A stretch of 64,000 bases of DNA from Botryllus schlosseri (taxonomy: Eukaryota), in contig CM119373.1 in assembly GCA_051294905.1 (NCBI GenBank), forward strand, positions 3,412,001-3,476,000, read 5' to 3'. This document shows positions 28,401 to 40,259 of this stretch, one piece after another. The notes below the pieces were generated by a model. The model searched no databases, had not been told where the DNA came from, and saw only the letters and a list, made by a program, of their open reading frames with translations. The first letter of the stretch is position 1; the number at the start of each line of letters is the position of its first letter. The translations under genes and the position numbers were made by a program.

Positions 28401-31400
28401 GAATCCCATATAGTGAGTTCGAATAAGAGCTACCATGACGTCATGAATTTTCAATAGTGACGTAACAGTTGATTGGCATGTATGGCTCTTTGGGAGTTGA
28501 GATGGAACAAATAGGGCCAATATGGCTCTTCGGACAAAAAAGGTTTCCGACCACTGGTATACGCAGTACGCATACCCTGGTCCGTGGATATTTGAGCATC
28601 AGCATGCGACACTTCGGCATGCGACACATGAGCATGTCGCATTTGTTTCAAAAGCAAACCGAACAATCAAGATAGAGTCAGTGGTTTTTAACAGGACTGT
28701 CTTACAGAAACTTCAACAGAGCCACTGTAACACGTTTAATATCAAAAAAGAAGCATTAAATGAAGTTTCCAATATTCGCTTTGGAGCTGCATACATTGGC
28801 GGTAATTACTTGTGAGTTAATTTTGATTTTTGAAGCTACAACTTCCGTGTCTTCAAATTTTATCGACCAGCAAGCTACAAAGGTTGAGAACCATCAGCCT
28901 ATATATCGTTGGAAAGAAAACATTTCTTCCACAGGTGAACCGATATGATTTTGTCACCTTATTCGAACCCAGGCCCAAATTCAGTTGATGTCAAGTCATG
29001 ATCCCACTCCAGCAACATCATGAGTTTCGTAAAATTTCTTATGCACCTATATTTTTTATGTAATCCGAGAGCATCCAAAGTAGCATGTCCCGGCAAATCC
29101 TAATCCGGTGATGAGAACTTGATCCGAACTCGACAATAATTATCTCAATGGAAATCTGGATTATCGGCCGCAGATCACAATCCGCGGCCGTTTGCACATA
29201 TAAGCTAAGGCAGGGTCGGGCAATTAGTTTTTTCCGCGGGCCAAATGAGAAGCAGAGAATAAGTTGGCGGGCCGATTCAAAAATCTTACCTGTATTCTCT
29301 AGCGAATTAATTTTATTTCTAGGAAGAAAGATGTGAATTACACTGGTAATAGATGCTGCTCAGTGGATGAGTTGATATTAGGGAATAAGAACGTGATGGT
29401 TAATTACCAAAAAATAATATTTATTTGCCGTCCTATTTCGTAACAGTGTTAAACATGATACATTTTGAACTCTTTTTAAACCCTATCCGCGTTTTTCTAT
29501 CAAGACATTGAAATGTATCTGGGATACTACAAAGCGTATCGTCTTGGTCGCTGCCTTCCGAGCAGTGTGCAAGTGCAGCTTGGCGAAATAGATTTGTTGT
29601 TGAGCGAAGCTTGCAGTTCTTCTAAAATTAGTCCTCCCATGACGGAGTGTATGTTTTAGTGATTTTGTCATGAAACCGACTTGAATTGAACTCATCCAAC
29701 ATGGCGACCTGCTCGGCTTTAACTAATAAAAAAACGGGTTTATCCCCGACTCCAGTAAAATTTAGTGCTCCAAACCTACTTTGAATTTCAATTTTCGGCT
29801 TTCTTTTTTGACATTCATCCTTTAAGGGCGATGATGAGCCATAGTAATCACGGGCACTGATTGGCTTGTTATACGAATTAGGGATTTGGAAACATTTCAC
29901 GTAACAAATTCAAGGACAGGCCGTGTAATCCGCAATCCCGCCTTCCATGACATTCCACCCATTTTGTTGCTTGCTTTTTCTATACTATATTGCTTTACTT
30001 TTCATTTAGTGTGCATGCCTCCTCTTTACATCGCCTAGCTAGGCCAAGGTTGGCGTCTGATTCCATAGCCTCCTAGTCGCTTCGACACCTTCCTTTCTTG
30101 TCATTGTATCGCATTTTTATGGTGTATTGAACTGATGAAATTGCTAATAAACCAATGATGATGATACTGATGATGTGACAATGGCAATAAAGAAGGTTTA
30201 GTGACTTCTTTTGACTTTAATTGCTATAATTTGCTACCATGACTATATTTTGAATATGCCTGGATTGCCTGCGAGGCTGCGTAATCGCGGCATCTTAATG
30301 AACAAGCTTGAATATAAACGAATTTTGGATTCACTTTATGCCGACCATGGCTTTAGTTCATGCAGTAACATTCAAAAGTAGATTCTACGTTTTTAATTTT
30401 AAGCAACTTTTCGCGGGCCGCACTTTTCCCAGGTCGGCCCCAAGGCTTATCAGTATAAGGCCGGACAAAATCGAGTTCCTGATTGATTTGATTACGAATT
30501 GAGTACTTCGTGTCGAGTCGAGTATCCGAATATCACTTCGCATCACGTCATAACATGACGCGGGAAGTTCAAATAAATGTACCTTTTATGCGACCGTGTC
30601 AGTTCTTCAGCACATTAATTGTAATTTGGTATTTTTCGACCTATTTCATCGCACTTTGTGACAATGCCGTGGGTTGATCACGGCTTCACAGATATACCGT
30701 TTCCGCCAATGTGTGTAGCTTTGTATTACATTTTTGGTATGCTGCAATACGACCAATCGAAGTTTAAACCCTTCGACAGTGGAAAATAGTATCGACTATC
30801 GAAACTATAATTCTCGTTGATAAGTACCATTGATCATTACGCAACTCACTCGAACAGTCATTCTCCCAAAATCGCTGCGCATGAACGGGTTTCGCGCCAA
30901 ATCTCTCGGCGACTTTCAGGCGACCGCTGTCCACGTCGCTGCACCAGATTCGCTCGTAGCCCTTGTCCCTCAACACGGCGCAAGTGTAAATGCCCAGCAG
31001 GCCGGCACCGAATATCAAGGCGGACTTGTCCTGTACGCCAGTCCTATAACGAGAGCGGAGATGGTCACGGATATCGATTTAGATTTGAAATACAAAGCTT
31101 ATTCGAGTAGTCTTGCACACAAATTTAGCTAGTTGACGGTCAACAACCTACTAACTGCAAGTTTGACGATAGCACAGATAGGCTTAGGCAATTAATGATG
31201 GATGTAGATTTTTTTTTAATAAAGATTCGTTTGAATTTTCTACTAGTTGCTGACGATTATACCCCTGACGAGTGTCATACGAAAATGTATGTGTTATAAT
31301 CGTTGGGTTATATTTTTCATCTGAACAATTCACACACAATGTACAATGCGATAAGACACAATGCGATGTAATGAACAGATAGGAGGATGTCGAACGGAAC

Positions 31401-34400
31401 GCAAGCAGTTGCGATCCTTTTAATCTAACATCCACCTCGGCCTAGAGTGCCCGGTGTCGCAGTTCATTTCGATGTCGATCTTGTTGAAGCCGCGGCCCTT
31501 TCTACTAGTTCTTTCCATTCCTTGTGAGTGTATTATTCCGCCGGGTCTTTTTCTGGGCTTTTTGTCGCCGCAAGGACGGAAACGGTGGGGGAAGAGGAGC
31601 CCAGATAAACCTCCGACGGGAATCGAACCAATCTGGCGAGCGCTTATCGTTACCACTGCGCTGTCTTCATTATGAATATATTTTTAATTATATATTGAAG
31701 TTCTGTACCGCTGAGCAGACTTGGACAAGACATTTCTAATGTAATTTCTGGTTTTCCTGAGCATGTTACGGAAGAACTGTAGCCTATAGTGCGAAAGGAA
31801 CGAAGCTCGCTGTACTTGCCGTTCTCACGCTTATCAGAATCAGCTCAGATTTTATATGAACTGAATTTGATTTTTGTTGCATGTCTTTTGCAAATTCAGT
31901 GATTCTAATTCTAATCTTATTGGGAAAAATGAGTAGGTATAATTCTAACCTAATTTGGAGGAGCTGAAAGCTTTCTAGTTGCGGAACTCTGTACTGTTCA
32001 GTGCTCACCTTGGGCCAATAATAGGTCAGGTCGGGGCTTGCTATATTCGTATATATCGTAATATCGTAGGCCCCGGTCTGGTACAACCATATTAGACCAT
32101 GGTCCACCTGGATATGCCTCACCTGGCCTTCTCCGCAGCATGCATCACAGTGGCTAGAGCGCAATTGATGGGAGCTGCTACCTTGTCCGATAGCGCGTCC
32201 GATATAGGCACGATGTGATGTCCGGAACCCAGGATTATGTGAGACGCGTAACACCCGTTGAAGCCTTGGTTTACTGTTAACGGCGAGTGACCGACTTTTT
32301 CGAGATGGACGCACTTCTGAGGCATTTGCACCCTGAATTGAGAAGCTAACAAGTATCAATGGGAGTTTAAGGTGATGTAAGGCAGCTGCAAGAGCCCACC
32401 GGCATTTATTGCATTTACTACGCTAGGTAAAATCGCGGTACTCGTGTTAGAACAGACCTTGGACATTTTACGGCCCGAGGGCCAAGTCGGGCCCGCCATG
32501 CGATTCTGACCAGCCCGCGCAAAGTTACTTGGAATCAGAACATAAAACCTACTTTTTAACGTAATGCGTAGATTAAAACCATAGCATGTATAAATTGTAC
32601 GGCACATATCAACGTTTACTTTGAAGCCTGTTTATTTACGTACTATGATCACGTGACCATTGACCAATGAGCATACGTACAATCCATGGTTCAACAGAAG
32701 GTCAATATAACAAATTTTGTCGCAACAAATAAAGTCAAAAGTCTCTATTTCCTTATAGCATAGTTTAAACTTTTCACCAGAGAATATAGTTTAAACTTTT
32801 ACCTCTGCTTGCTAATATATTCTCCTAGTTCTTATTTGACTAGACGGGAAAAATAGTTGCCCACCCCTGTAAAGCTGTACAAGTAAATGCTTATGAAGTT
32901 TTGGAAATGCGGCTTCAGCTATAGATGTCTTATATTTTGAATATCGACTGAATATATCTGCTGGTTATCGGTAAAAGTGCTAGTTATCGGTGATATCCGT
33001 CGGATTTAGTCGAAACACAATGAATACCAACAGTAAAAACATGAACTGCAAGGTAATCAATAATAATTATGGTGATTTTTTTACAAAATTGTAGCGTTAG
33101 GTCAGATAACGTATAATATATCTTGGTAACGATATTTAGGAAGTAAGACCCCGATAGAACAGGTGGCGTGATCTGCTATGTGTGTCGTGTAAAATAACAA
33201 TAGGAACTAATACATGTAACATACATCGTGTACGACCTCGCAATGCTCGCATTTATGCGATATATATGTGCATGGGATACAATGTATATTCAGTTCATTC
33301 AATTGATTGATTCGATTTCGAGTCGTTGTACGTTTACAACGATACAACAAAATGCATGTCGGGAAGACAGTAATAAAATACATTGTCCGTGTCATCAATT
33401 GGACGTGGGTGGAAGACAGGCTCTGTGGTACGTTAGCCAACAAGCCGATCACTGCCGGTCTGCCCAAAGTGAACGGGCGTCGGGATCACCATATAACGCA
33501 GGGCTAATGTCTATTGTTGATGTTAAAATTGCGTAATCTGACTGCGAAGGCTACTTGTGATAATTCGCTGTGTCTATTTCACTTTCGACGGACCGGCAGT
33601 GAACGGCTTGTTGGCTAACGTACCACAGAGCCTGTCTTTCACACACGACTGCTGCTGTTGAACGTTCTTTCAGCATTCTTGGCAGGCTAAAGAGAAAGGA
33701 CAGACTCTTTCTATCCGCGAATGTAGGAAAGGGCATAGTTTATTTTTGTCCTTGATGTTTTTTGCGGCATATACACCGACTCATGATATACATACGCAGC
33801 ACACACGATCTGTGCATATGCATACCATGAGTGCATGACACGCATATGCCGCTGGACAAGGAATGTGCAGATAAGCCTTTTACGGGTTTGTAAGTCTTGC
33901 ATAACCCATCCGGCCTCCATGCTATCCCAGTAATGCATGAGCGCCAAGCGGGGAAGTCATGGATAGCAGTGTTACTCGTCAGCTATTTGGCCTGACCAGG
34001 CCGGGGATCGGACCCACGACCTTCCGGTCGATCAAGCAGCCGGACGCTTCACCATTACGCTATCTTGTCTTGTCGGAAAGTATCTTTCGTCGTACTACAA
34101 CATATTTCAATTATTTCTATGTCATAATGCGTGCTGTATAATTACTGGAATACTTCATATATAGGTCCAAATTACGCTAAAATAAAGTTTTTTTCGTGAA
34201 TAAATTCGTCAGTTTTCAAGTCAAAAAAGTTTTATCAGGCCAAACTACTTTGTAAGGACAGACAGTTCCAACCAGAGATGAAGATAAGTAGTACATTTAC
34301 AACATTATGTCCGAAAACACCTAATTTACATACATAACGGCCAAATGCTGTCAAAATATGTTTTTCGAGGTCAAAAAAGTCAAAATCTTGATTTTTAGGT

Positions 34401-37400
34401 GAAGATCCTCCGTTTTTTGTGTTAAAAAATCGCCATAATAATAATCATTAATCATAGTCTTACCTGCATCGTTCACAATTAAAACACGACGACGTAATGG
34501 AAAATGTAACGCGAGTTCCTGCCGGCAACGAATTATTTCTCTTATCAATTACTATTTCGCCCACTGCTTCGTGTCCAAGAACAACGGGGGTGATGCCGTG
34601 GCGTTTTCCTGGCAAAAATTGGCAGGGAGTTGATCTGGATGTAGAAGTGTTTTACAGGAGCAAGGGGAACTGGGCTGTGGTTGACAACATAGCAGATTAG
34701 TACGAACTACCAATCTACGTAGTATAAACCGTCAACTATAACCAGTGATTTCTGAGTTGTTCTAATTCCAGTTCTAGTTGCGCATTTAAAAGAAATATTG
34801 AATTGCTGAACAACTGGAACTGATGTTGTTGTTCTGTAGTATTCATAGTCGACTACTATGGTAATTTACACCAGACCCATTTTCTTCATTTTATTCCGTA
34901 GCTGCCGACCTGTCGCACGGCCCACCTCTAGGCTATTTATAAGTCACCGCTTACACGGATGATATGGCGAGGAGGAGCCTTGATAAACCCCCAACACTTA
35001 GGTAGCAAATCTGGAGTTGACCTTGGTCGGACTCGAAACCGCAGCCCCTTGATGTTGCAGCATTGGATTATACCACTACGCTCTCGCCACGACTGATACC
35101 GGTTGTGTGGTGTTCTTGCAGATATTGCTAGCTCAGAGTCATCACTACTAACAGTGGCGTAGCCAGAAGTGGGTTTGGGGGGGTTGAATTCCTCCCATTT
35201 CAAACTTCTACTCATGCTCATGTGGAAATCAGTTGCTTCATAATTAGTTAGCGTATAATTGAAGGAATGTCGGACTCGGAGTTCCGTGAAGAAAATATTA
35301 GGAGACGGTGTGTTTAATGTTGTCGGAATCGGTATGTTGAAATCGACAACAGCCCTCGTTCACTGTATATTCCCGGTGCCAATAAGGTAGTTGCACCGAG
35401 TCGGAAGCCACGAAGACGGACAATGTCGTACTTGCCGGCAACAAGAAACTGTTGAACATTTCCTCGTCCATTGCCACTAATATTCAAGCGAACGGGAGCA
35501 GCTGAAATGTGCTGCTCGGCCACAAGGCGTGTCATTCTCAATAGAAACACGCTGACCCATCCCGCCATGATCTACCCAGCAATCGAATTTGATTTCCTGA
35601 TCGGAAGGTACATTTAATTGAATAATGCAAAAAGGATCGACCTGGTGCGCAAGGTCATTGCGGCCGACCGCCATAATTCGATATAACAACAATAATTAGT
35701 TGCAAGACTTGATCAGATTTTGCAGATCATACGCTGGTTTCGATTGCAACCAGTGTGATATTTCTGAGTGCATAGCCAGGCCCGAGGTATTTGCAACACC
35801 GTCTGGTGAATGATATAAAACAGTGGCTCTCAACCTTTTTGACCTCGCGGACACGTAACACTTCAAAACCAATATTTCGGAGCGGTGAACCTCCAAAAAT
35901 CAAAACTAACCGTCAATTTAATTAGGTACATGCAATTCAAACGTAATATTTGGAAACTTCATTTGATGCTGCATTTTTATAATTAGATATTTTACGTGGT
36001 GACGTTGAAGTTTCTGCACGGCGAAAATCGCGAAAGCATTTTAAAGACTATAACTTGACCGTGATTGTTCACTGTCGTTTGAAAGAAATGCGACTTCGAT
36101 GTTTACCAAAACGTGTAGTATTGTACAGCCAAGTGTCGTTTGATTGCACTGCCGTAATTTAACGAAGTTTGTTTGAAAGTCTCCATGGCTTTCACGTATA
36201 ACTTGTGACTTGTCCGAAACGAGTAGTATATATGCTACTTTTAAACAGTTTCGTACACCATTCGTACCATTACACCAAAGTAAACCTTGAGCTCTCTGTT
36301 ACAACACCATGCAGAAAATACTTTCCAAACTTCTAAATCCATTGAAAATTTGATGGTTTATTTCTCGAATTATTTCTCGACTTTTAGCATTTCGGAATTG
36401 AGGTATAAAATTCTGATATGCTTGGCGGACCGGAAGAAAACCTGCCACTGACCGGTGGCTGAGAACCGCTGCTATTAAGGAATGCAGTGTGGCCTTGCGC
36501 AGTGGTTGTAGGGCAGAATTGTAATCGGGTCGTGTGCTAAGAGCCAGGTATTGCAGCCTGATGTAAAAGAGAAATAGGGGATAATATTTCCAATTCGAAT
36601 CCGAAAAGACTGACCAGACTTACATTTATACAGTACTTGAAAAATCGTCAATGACTCAAACTGCGAACGGGACATTATTGTATAAGTCCAGTTATTTTCT
36701 CGCTATTTCCGTTGTGTAACTTTTCAGAGTTCAAACACCCGAATATGCCAGGGATATTTTTGTGTAAGACAATAAAGCACGCTTGATTCACTGCTTCATT
36801 TTATGTTTTTTTTGTACCGTTACAGACATTCATGTTTAGTTGGCCGGAATAACAGGCAAATGTTCGCAAGTCCTATATCATCCAATTGTTATAGCTATAA
36901 CGACAGGTTAGTACACTTTAGACAAGAGCAAGTGTTAAGTATTGCCAGTGCAAGTTGGAACGCTTTTACTGTGGCTACATACACTGACAAAGCAGAAGGA
37001 TCATACAGCGTACAATTGCACGTTAATATCTCATTGCTAAGCTGCTACTTATGAGGTATTTTCAATGCTATTACGTCCTGTTAAGGAGAGCTTAAGGTTG
37101 ATTCATTAACGGTCGTGTGTTCTGATGGCGAGAACAGTGTTTTCTTGGGTATATCATCGCAACATATGTTAGTGTAGGTATAGCAATAAATGGTTGATGT
37201 CGCTGGTTAGATTTCTTAGAACATTCGATAACGCCCAACATAACATGTTATAAAATGCGAATAGTGAAGCTTCTCGTTGCGTTTACCTTTACGAATGATT
37301 GAATTCGCACCCGATTGAATAATGCATATCTTACCTAGTATCGTGTGCATGTCAGATCCGCAAATGGTTGCTAAACGTACGCGCAGCAGAACTTGATTAT

Positions 37401-37494
37401 CCCGAACTTTTGGACTGTCCAACACTTTATCAAACACCCAAGTCGGATCGTGGTCTAAGCCAGTGAATATAACCCTAGTTATAACCCCATCCAT
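19222..37494 (-). CDS. Six-exon gene for a Zn-dependent alcohol dehydrogenase (MDR superfamily), HpnZ/TIGR03366-like; join(37494-37335, 34608-34464, 32332-32123, 31043-30850, 22256-22114, 19434-19222); 354 aa
   Basis: All five introns are GT..AG with compatible phases (1,2,2,1,0), and exon lengths 160+145+210+194+143+213=1065 nt. The spliced protein has LATICGSDMH (catalytic Cys), LGHE, structural-Zn C-x2-C-x2-C-x7-C (CFNCERCRVQMPQKC), AAPINCALAT, Rossmann GAGLLG and C-terminal LTIIGVHNYTPRHL. Confidence 0.92.
20156..20349. mobile_element. Inverted pair of Penelope pLTR ends (~81-bp arms) with degenerate hammerhead cores
   Basis: Arms 20156-20236 and 20269-20349 are near reverse complements and match 45487-45535. 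Confidence 0.85.
22114..22256 (-). CDS. ADH gene exon 5 (EEVDTAIEVCGNADV...GGTLVLVGLVHPDSDLGLTGEQ)
   Basis: Acceptor ccattacag, donor CAA|gtaag; typical MDR 'D-x-A-I-E-x-x-G ... GG-x-LVLVG' segment. Confidence 0.92.
22349..24023. mobile_element. Non-autonomous hAT-type element in ADH intron 4
   Basis: TIR CATAGGCGCTGAACTC; TSD CCGCGTAG. Confidence 0.9.
24599..25425. mobile_element. Nested hAT-type MITE containing 24930-25249
   Basis: TSD TATTAGAC; inner element has TIR CAGTGGTTCT and TSD CCCTAAGC. Confidence 0.85.
27178..27664. mobile_element. hAT-type MITE carrying 28S rRNA-derived cargo
   Basis: TIR CAGGGGTC(A/G)CCAAC; near-TSD tactggag/tactatag. Confidence 0.8.
27261..27621 (-). pseudogene. 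Diverged 28S (LSU) rRNA fragments, two non-contiguous segments (27261-27329 and ~27338-27621)
   Basis: The plus strand matches antisense LSU motifs recalled from conserved regions: TTACTCC(T)GCCGTTTA..., TTTCTTCACTT...TCAGAGCACTGGGC, GACCCATGTTCAACTGCTG.TCA.ATG.AACC, ATTTGCTAC. Confidence 0.8.
29960..30175 (+). mobile_element. LINE 3' UTR copy (same family as 8908-10700)
   Basis: ...ttgctaataaaccaatgatgatgat tail; similarity to the reverse complement of 8908-9040 and 10370-10450. Confidence 0.75.
30850..31043 (-). CDS. ADH gene exon 4 (TGVQDKSALIFGAGLLG...AERFGAKPV...)
   Basis: Acceptor gttatag; GxGxxG NAD-binding motif; donor TCGA|gtgagt gives the phase 1 needed by exon 5. Confidence 0.88.
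31233..31307 (+). mobile_element. Solo Penelope pLTR fragment with variant hammerhead core
   Basis: tctactagttgctgacgattatacccCTGACGAgtgtcatacGAAA matches 45471-45513. Confidence 0.7.
31410..31665 (-). mobile_element. tRNA-derived SINE-like element
   Basis: Minus strand CAGCGCAGTGGTAA...GGTTCGATTCCC (A/B boxes); shares GGAGGTTTATC-.GGCTCCT with the first SINE family. Confidence 0.55.
32123..32332 (-). CDS. ADH gene exon 3 (VQMPQKC...AAPINCALATVMHAAEKA)
   Basis: Acceptor aattcag, donor AG|gtgag; phase 2/2. Confidence 0.92.
33870..34064 (-). mobile_element. tRNA-derived SINE, second family
   Basis: Minus strand GATAGCGTAATGG...GGGTCCGATCCCCGGCC head followed by a CTTCCCCGCTTGGCGCTCATGCATT core-like segment. 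Confidence 0.6.
34464..34608 (-). CDS. ADH gene exon 2 (KRHGITPVVLGHEAVGEIV...CFNCERC)
   Basis: Acceptor tttttgccag, donor AG|gtaag; GHE motif. Not reported in this frame by the ORF track. Confidence 0.92.
35821..36471. mobile_element. hAT-type MITE in ADH intron 1
   Basis: TIR CAGTGGCTCTCAACC / GGCTGAGAACCGCTG. Confidence 0.65.
37335..37494 (-). CDS. ADH gene exon 1 (MDGVITRVIF...LATICGSDMHTIL-G)
   Basis: ATG at 37494; donor CTAG|GTAAGA; phase 1. Confidence 0.9.
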
Positions 37495-38196
37495 TTTGGC
37501 TAACAAACGACCGTAAATAATATGCAATATGATTCACCGACTGGGTTCAATTATTCTGCAAAACTAATAATCTATATTTAAAATTTCGAGTATCATCATT
37601 TCCGCGATCGTAATCCACAGCAAATCCCACTTGAGCTCTGGCTACCGGGATATGATGGCACAGGCTTACTTGAAATACACCCTTGTTGAAAGTGCTCACG
37701 GCTCATGCTCATTGCTCATATCCATTCATACCGCAACGATTGATGAGTCGCGCATCAGCAATTATTTCTGATACCGACGTATACGCGACACGCGTGTACA
37801 GAATTCGAGGAGGGTTGGTGCGATGACATGCAAAATAAGGTCAAAAACATGCAAAATAAGGTCAGTCGCGACATGCAAAATAAGGTCAGTCACATGCAAA
37901 ATAAGGTCAGTCGCGACATGCAAAATAAGGTCAGTCCGCGCATAAATCCAAATCTATATTTCAATTACAAATCCAACTCTTTCTCTTATCAACAATAAAT
38001 TTAAAATATCTTTCCTGTATAGTAATTTCATGTTCGAGATTCCTTATCTATATCCTAAAGCTGAAGATGTTTCAACAAAATACAATGAGACGATTATTAC
38101 CATTACGAGGTGATTGCGTGGTCGCATCTAGAATATTAACAGTCCGTGTATAAATCCAAATATTTACTTCAAATCCAACTTTTTTCTTTGCGCCAC

Positions 38197-39330
38197 TGAC
38201 CTTATAGATTATTTTGCTAGCGACTGACCTTATTTTGTATGCGACTGACCTTATTTTGCATGCGACTGACCTTATTTTGCATGTGACTGACCTTATTTTG
38301 CATGTCGCCACTGACCTTATTTTGCATGTGACTGACCTTATTTTGCATGTGACTGACCTTATTTTGCATGTGACTGACCTTATTTTGCATGTCGCCACTG
38401 ACCTTATTTTGCATGTGACTGACCTTATTTTGCATGTGACTGACCTTATTTTGCATGTGACTGACCTTATTTTGCATGTCGCCACTGACCTTATTTTGCA
38501 TGTGACTGACCTTATTTTGCATGTTACTGACCTTATTTTGCATGTGACTGACCTTATTTTGCATGTCTCCACTGACCTTATTTTGCATGTGACTGACCTT
38601 ATTTTGCATGTCGCCACTGACCTTATTTTGCATGTGACTGACCTTATTTTGCATGTGACTGACCTTATTTTGCATGTGACTGACCTTATTTTGCATGCGA
38701 CTGACCTTATTTTGCATGTGACTGACCTTATTTTGCATGTCGCCACTGACCTTATTTTGCATGTGACTGACCTTATTTTGCATGTGACTGACCTTATTTT
38801 GCATGTCGCCACTGACCATATTTTGCATGTGACTGACCTTATTTTGCATGTGACTGACCTTATTTTGCATGTTACTGACCTTATTCTGCATGTCGCCACT
38901 GACCTTATTTTGCATGTGACTGACCTTATTTTGCATGTGACTGACCTTATTTTGCATGTCGCCACTGACCTTATTTTGCATGTCGCCACTGACCTTATTT
39001 TGCATGTGACTGACCTTATTTTGAATGTGACTGACCTTATTTTGCATGTCGCCACCGACCTTATTTTGCATGTGACTGACCTTATTTTGCATGTGACTGA
39101 CCTTATTTTGCATGTGACTGACCTTATTTTGCATGCGACTGACCTTATTTTGCATGTGACTGACCTTATTTTGCATGTCGCCACTGACCTTATTTTGCAT
39201 GTGACTGACCTTATTTTGCATGTGACTGACCTTATTTTGCATGCGACTGACCTTATTTTGCATGCGACTGACCTTATTCTGCATGTCGCCACTGACCTTA
39301 TTTTGCATGTGACTGACCTTATTCTGCGTG
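38197..39330 (-). repeat. Minisatellite array of ~50 units, 21 bp (CATGCAAAATAAGGTCAGTCA) and 24 bp (CATGCAAAATAAGGTCAGTGGCGA)
   Basis: Directly visible tandem units; a short opposite-orientation array lies at ~37826-37936. Confidence 0.97.
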
Positions 39331-40259
39331 TAGCGACTTATTGCGACCTAATTTTGCATATCACGAAGACCTATAAATTCAGGGACTGGTATATTATTAT
39401 TATTATTACAACACACAACAGTGGTGCTTATAGCCCGAATAGGGCTTTGTGCTCCATGACATCACATTTTATCACACAGATCAATGCATTTCTTCATGAG
39501 CAGTCTCTGTATCTTCAAGGCTTTCATCGGTTCTTTATCGTCAAATTATAGCTCGACCCACTGTCATATCTGGGCTTTATAAGTCACCGCAATTGCAGTG
39601 AGGTCGGCGATGAGGAGCCCGTATAACCTCTGACACATAGAAGTGGTCCGAACCGGGATTCGATCCACTGCCATTGGTGTCGTGGCGCTGGTGCTTAACC
39701 AACTACGCCACTCGCTTCCCAAGGGACTATGGTATATAATTTTTGTCATGTTTCACGCGGAATTTATGTACGGCGTGACCATTGACCAATCTGCTTCCAC
39801 TCAAGTCTAGTTCAATATATTTCAAGAAGTGGTTGTGTGATTCATGCGTGAAATTTGAGGGCACATAGTCGCTCATATAACGGTTTCGTCACAGCAAATA
39901 TAGCGCAGCAATGCGTTTTGAATTATACGATCTACCACATTTTCAGTTGCCTTCATAATGGCGTGAAGCGTCACCCACACAATTTTAGTTTCAATTTGGA
40001 TCATCCGTATTGTTTAAATAGGACAATAAACGGAGTAATTACCATGAACTGGAGGCGAATTTTTTTAGTTAACTGCAACCCTTCAGAAGCTTTCATGCCC
40101 CCAGTTAAATAACTGGTATAGAACCTTGTAACAAAGTTATTTATAACATGATGCGGACGATCGAGTTGTCAAGCTGTTTGAAATACATTTCTGCGTGGGA
40201 TGAAGTAACTAACATAAACCGAGCTCTCTGCACATTCTGCATATTTTCATCATTTTAAA

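Larger units (their letters stand above)
24303..28556. mobile_element. hAT-type MITE, outer shell of a three-level nest
   Basis: TIR CAGTGGTCGG(G/A)AACCT; TSD GTATACGC. Confidence 0.88.

Noticed and set aside
30820..30870. ADH exon 4 splice donor supplied by a MITE end
   Set aside because: Similarity of gggagaatgactgttcgagt to the family C start (gggcacaatgattcgagt) is too weak. Clear MITE homology only begins ~25 nt into the intron.
38072..39551. 363-445 aa ORFs on both strands (TCKIRSV / VTDLILH / MQNKVSH repeats)
   Set aside because: They arise from a stop-poor minisatellite with unit lengths divisible by 3, are open in several frames on both strands, and show no gene context.
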